From Patescibacteria group bacterium (lineage in GTDB: Bacteria; Patescibacteriota; Minisyncoccia; Phycocordibacterales; UBA9973), in NCBI GenBank assembly GCA_038061925.1, contig JBBTYD010000007.1:1-58947 (forward strand): 58,947 bases of DNA, read 5' to 3'. The number at the start of each line of letters is the position of its first letter. The stretch's first letter is position 1. The position numbers were made by a program, and so were the translations under genes. The notes under the pieces were generated by a model. The model was not told the DNA's origin. It did no database searches and saw only the letters and a program-made list of their open reading frames with translations. Positions 58,933-58,947 of the stretch are shown in pieces.

Positions 58933-58947
58933 ACGGTCTGAACCCAG
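58933..58947 (-). rRNA. rrl: 23S rRNA upstream exon (partial, runs off the window)
   Basis: CTGGGTTCAGACCGT matches E. coli about 2579-2593. Confidence 0.85.

Overview
AT-rich, gene-dense chromosomal window from a Patescibacteria (CPR) bacterium, most likely Parcubacteria/Nomurabacteria-like (inferred from gene content, shortened PheS/PheT/ThrRS/RF2/SMC, a NusB-Nudix fusion and rRNA introns). Standard code 11: TAA, TAG and TGA all end intact genes. It holds housekeeping genes (rpoB-rpoC-dnaG-rpoD, rpsP-khpA-trmD, rnr, smc, rnc, nusB, rpmF, thrS, gyrB, pheST, pyrG, ftsEX, prfB, gatCA, secDF, folD, rodA), a surface-glycosylation cluster, 7 tRNAs, 5S rRNA and the 3' end of 23S rRNA with two group I introns. 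Main observations: (1) several families of short palindromic repeats sit in frame inside essential genes, supply the stop codons of five genes and flank a RAYT-type HUH transposase; one carries an amber stop that splits smc. (2) A PaaX/Cas2-like gene is bracketed by two related 32-36 bp palindromes. (3) A GC-rich, hairpin-flanked cassette between tRNAs encodes a protein resembling a DGR target, with no RT or template in the window. (4) A LAGLIDADG group I intron sits in the sarcin-ricin loop. (5) A -10 box lies exactly 6 nt before many start codons, suggesting widespread leaderless mRNAs. All calls were made by eye; no database searches were run.
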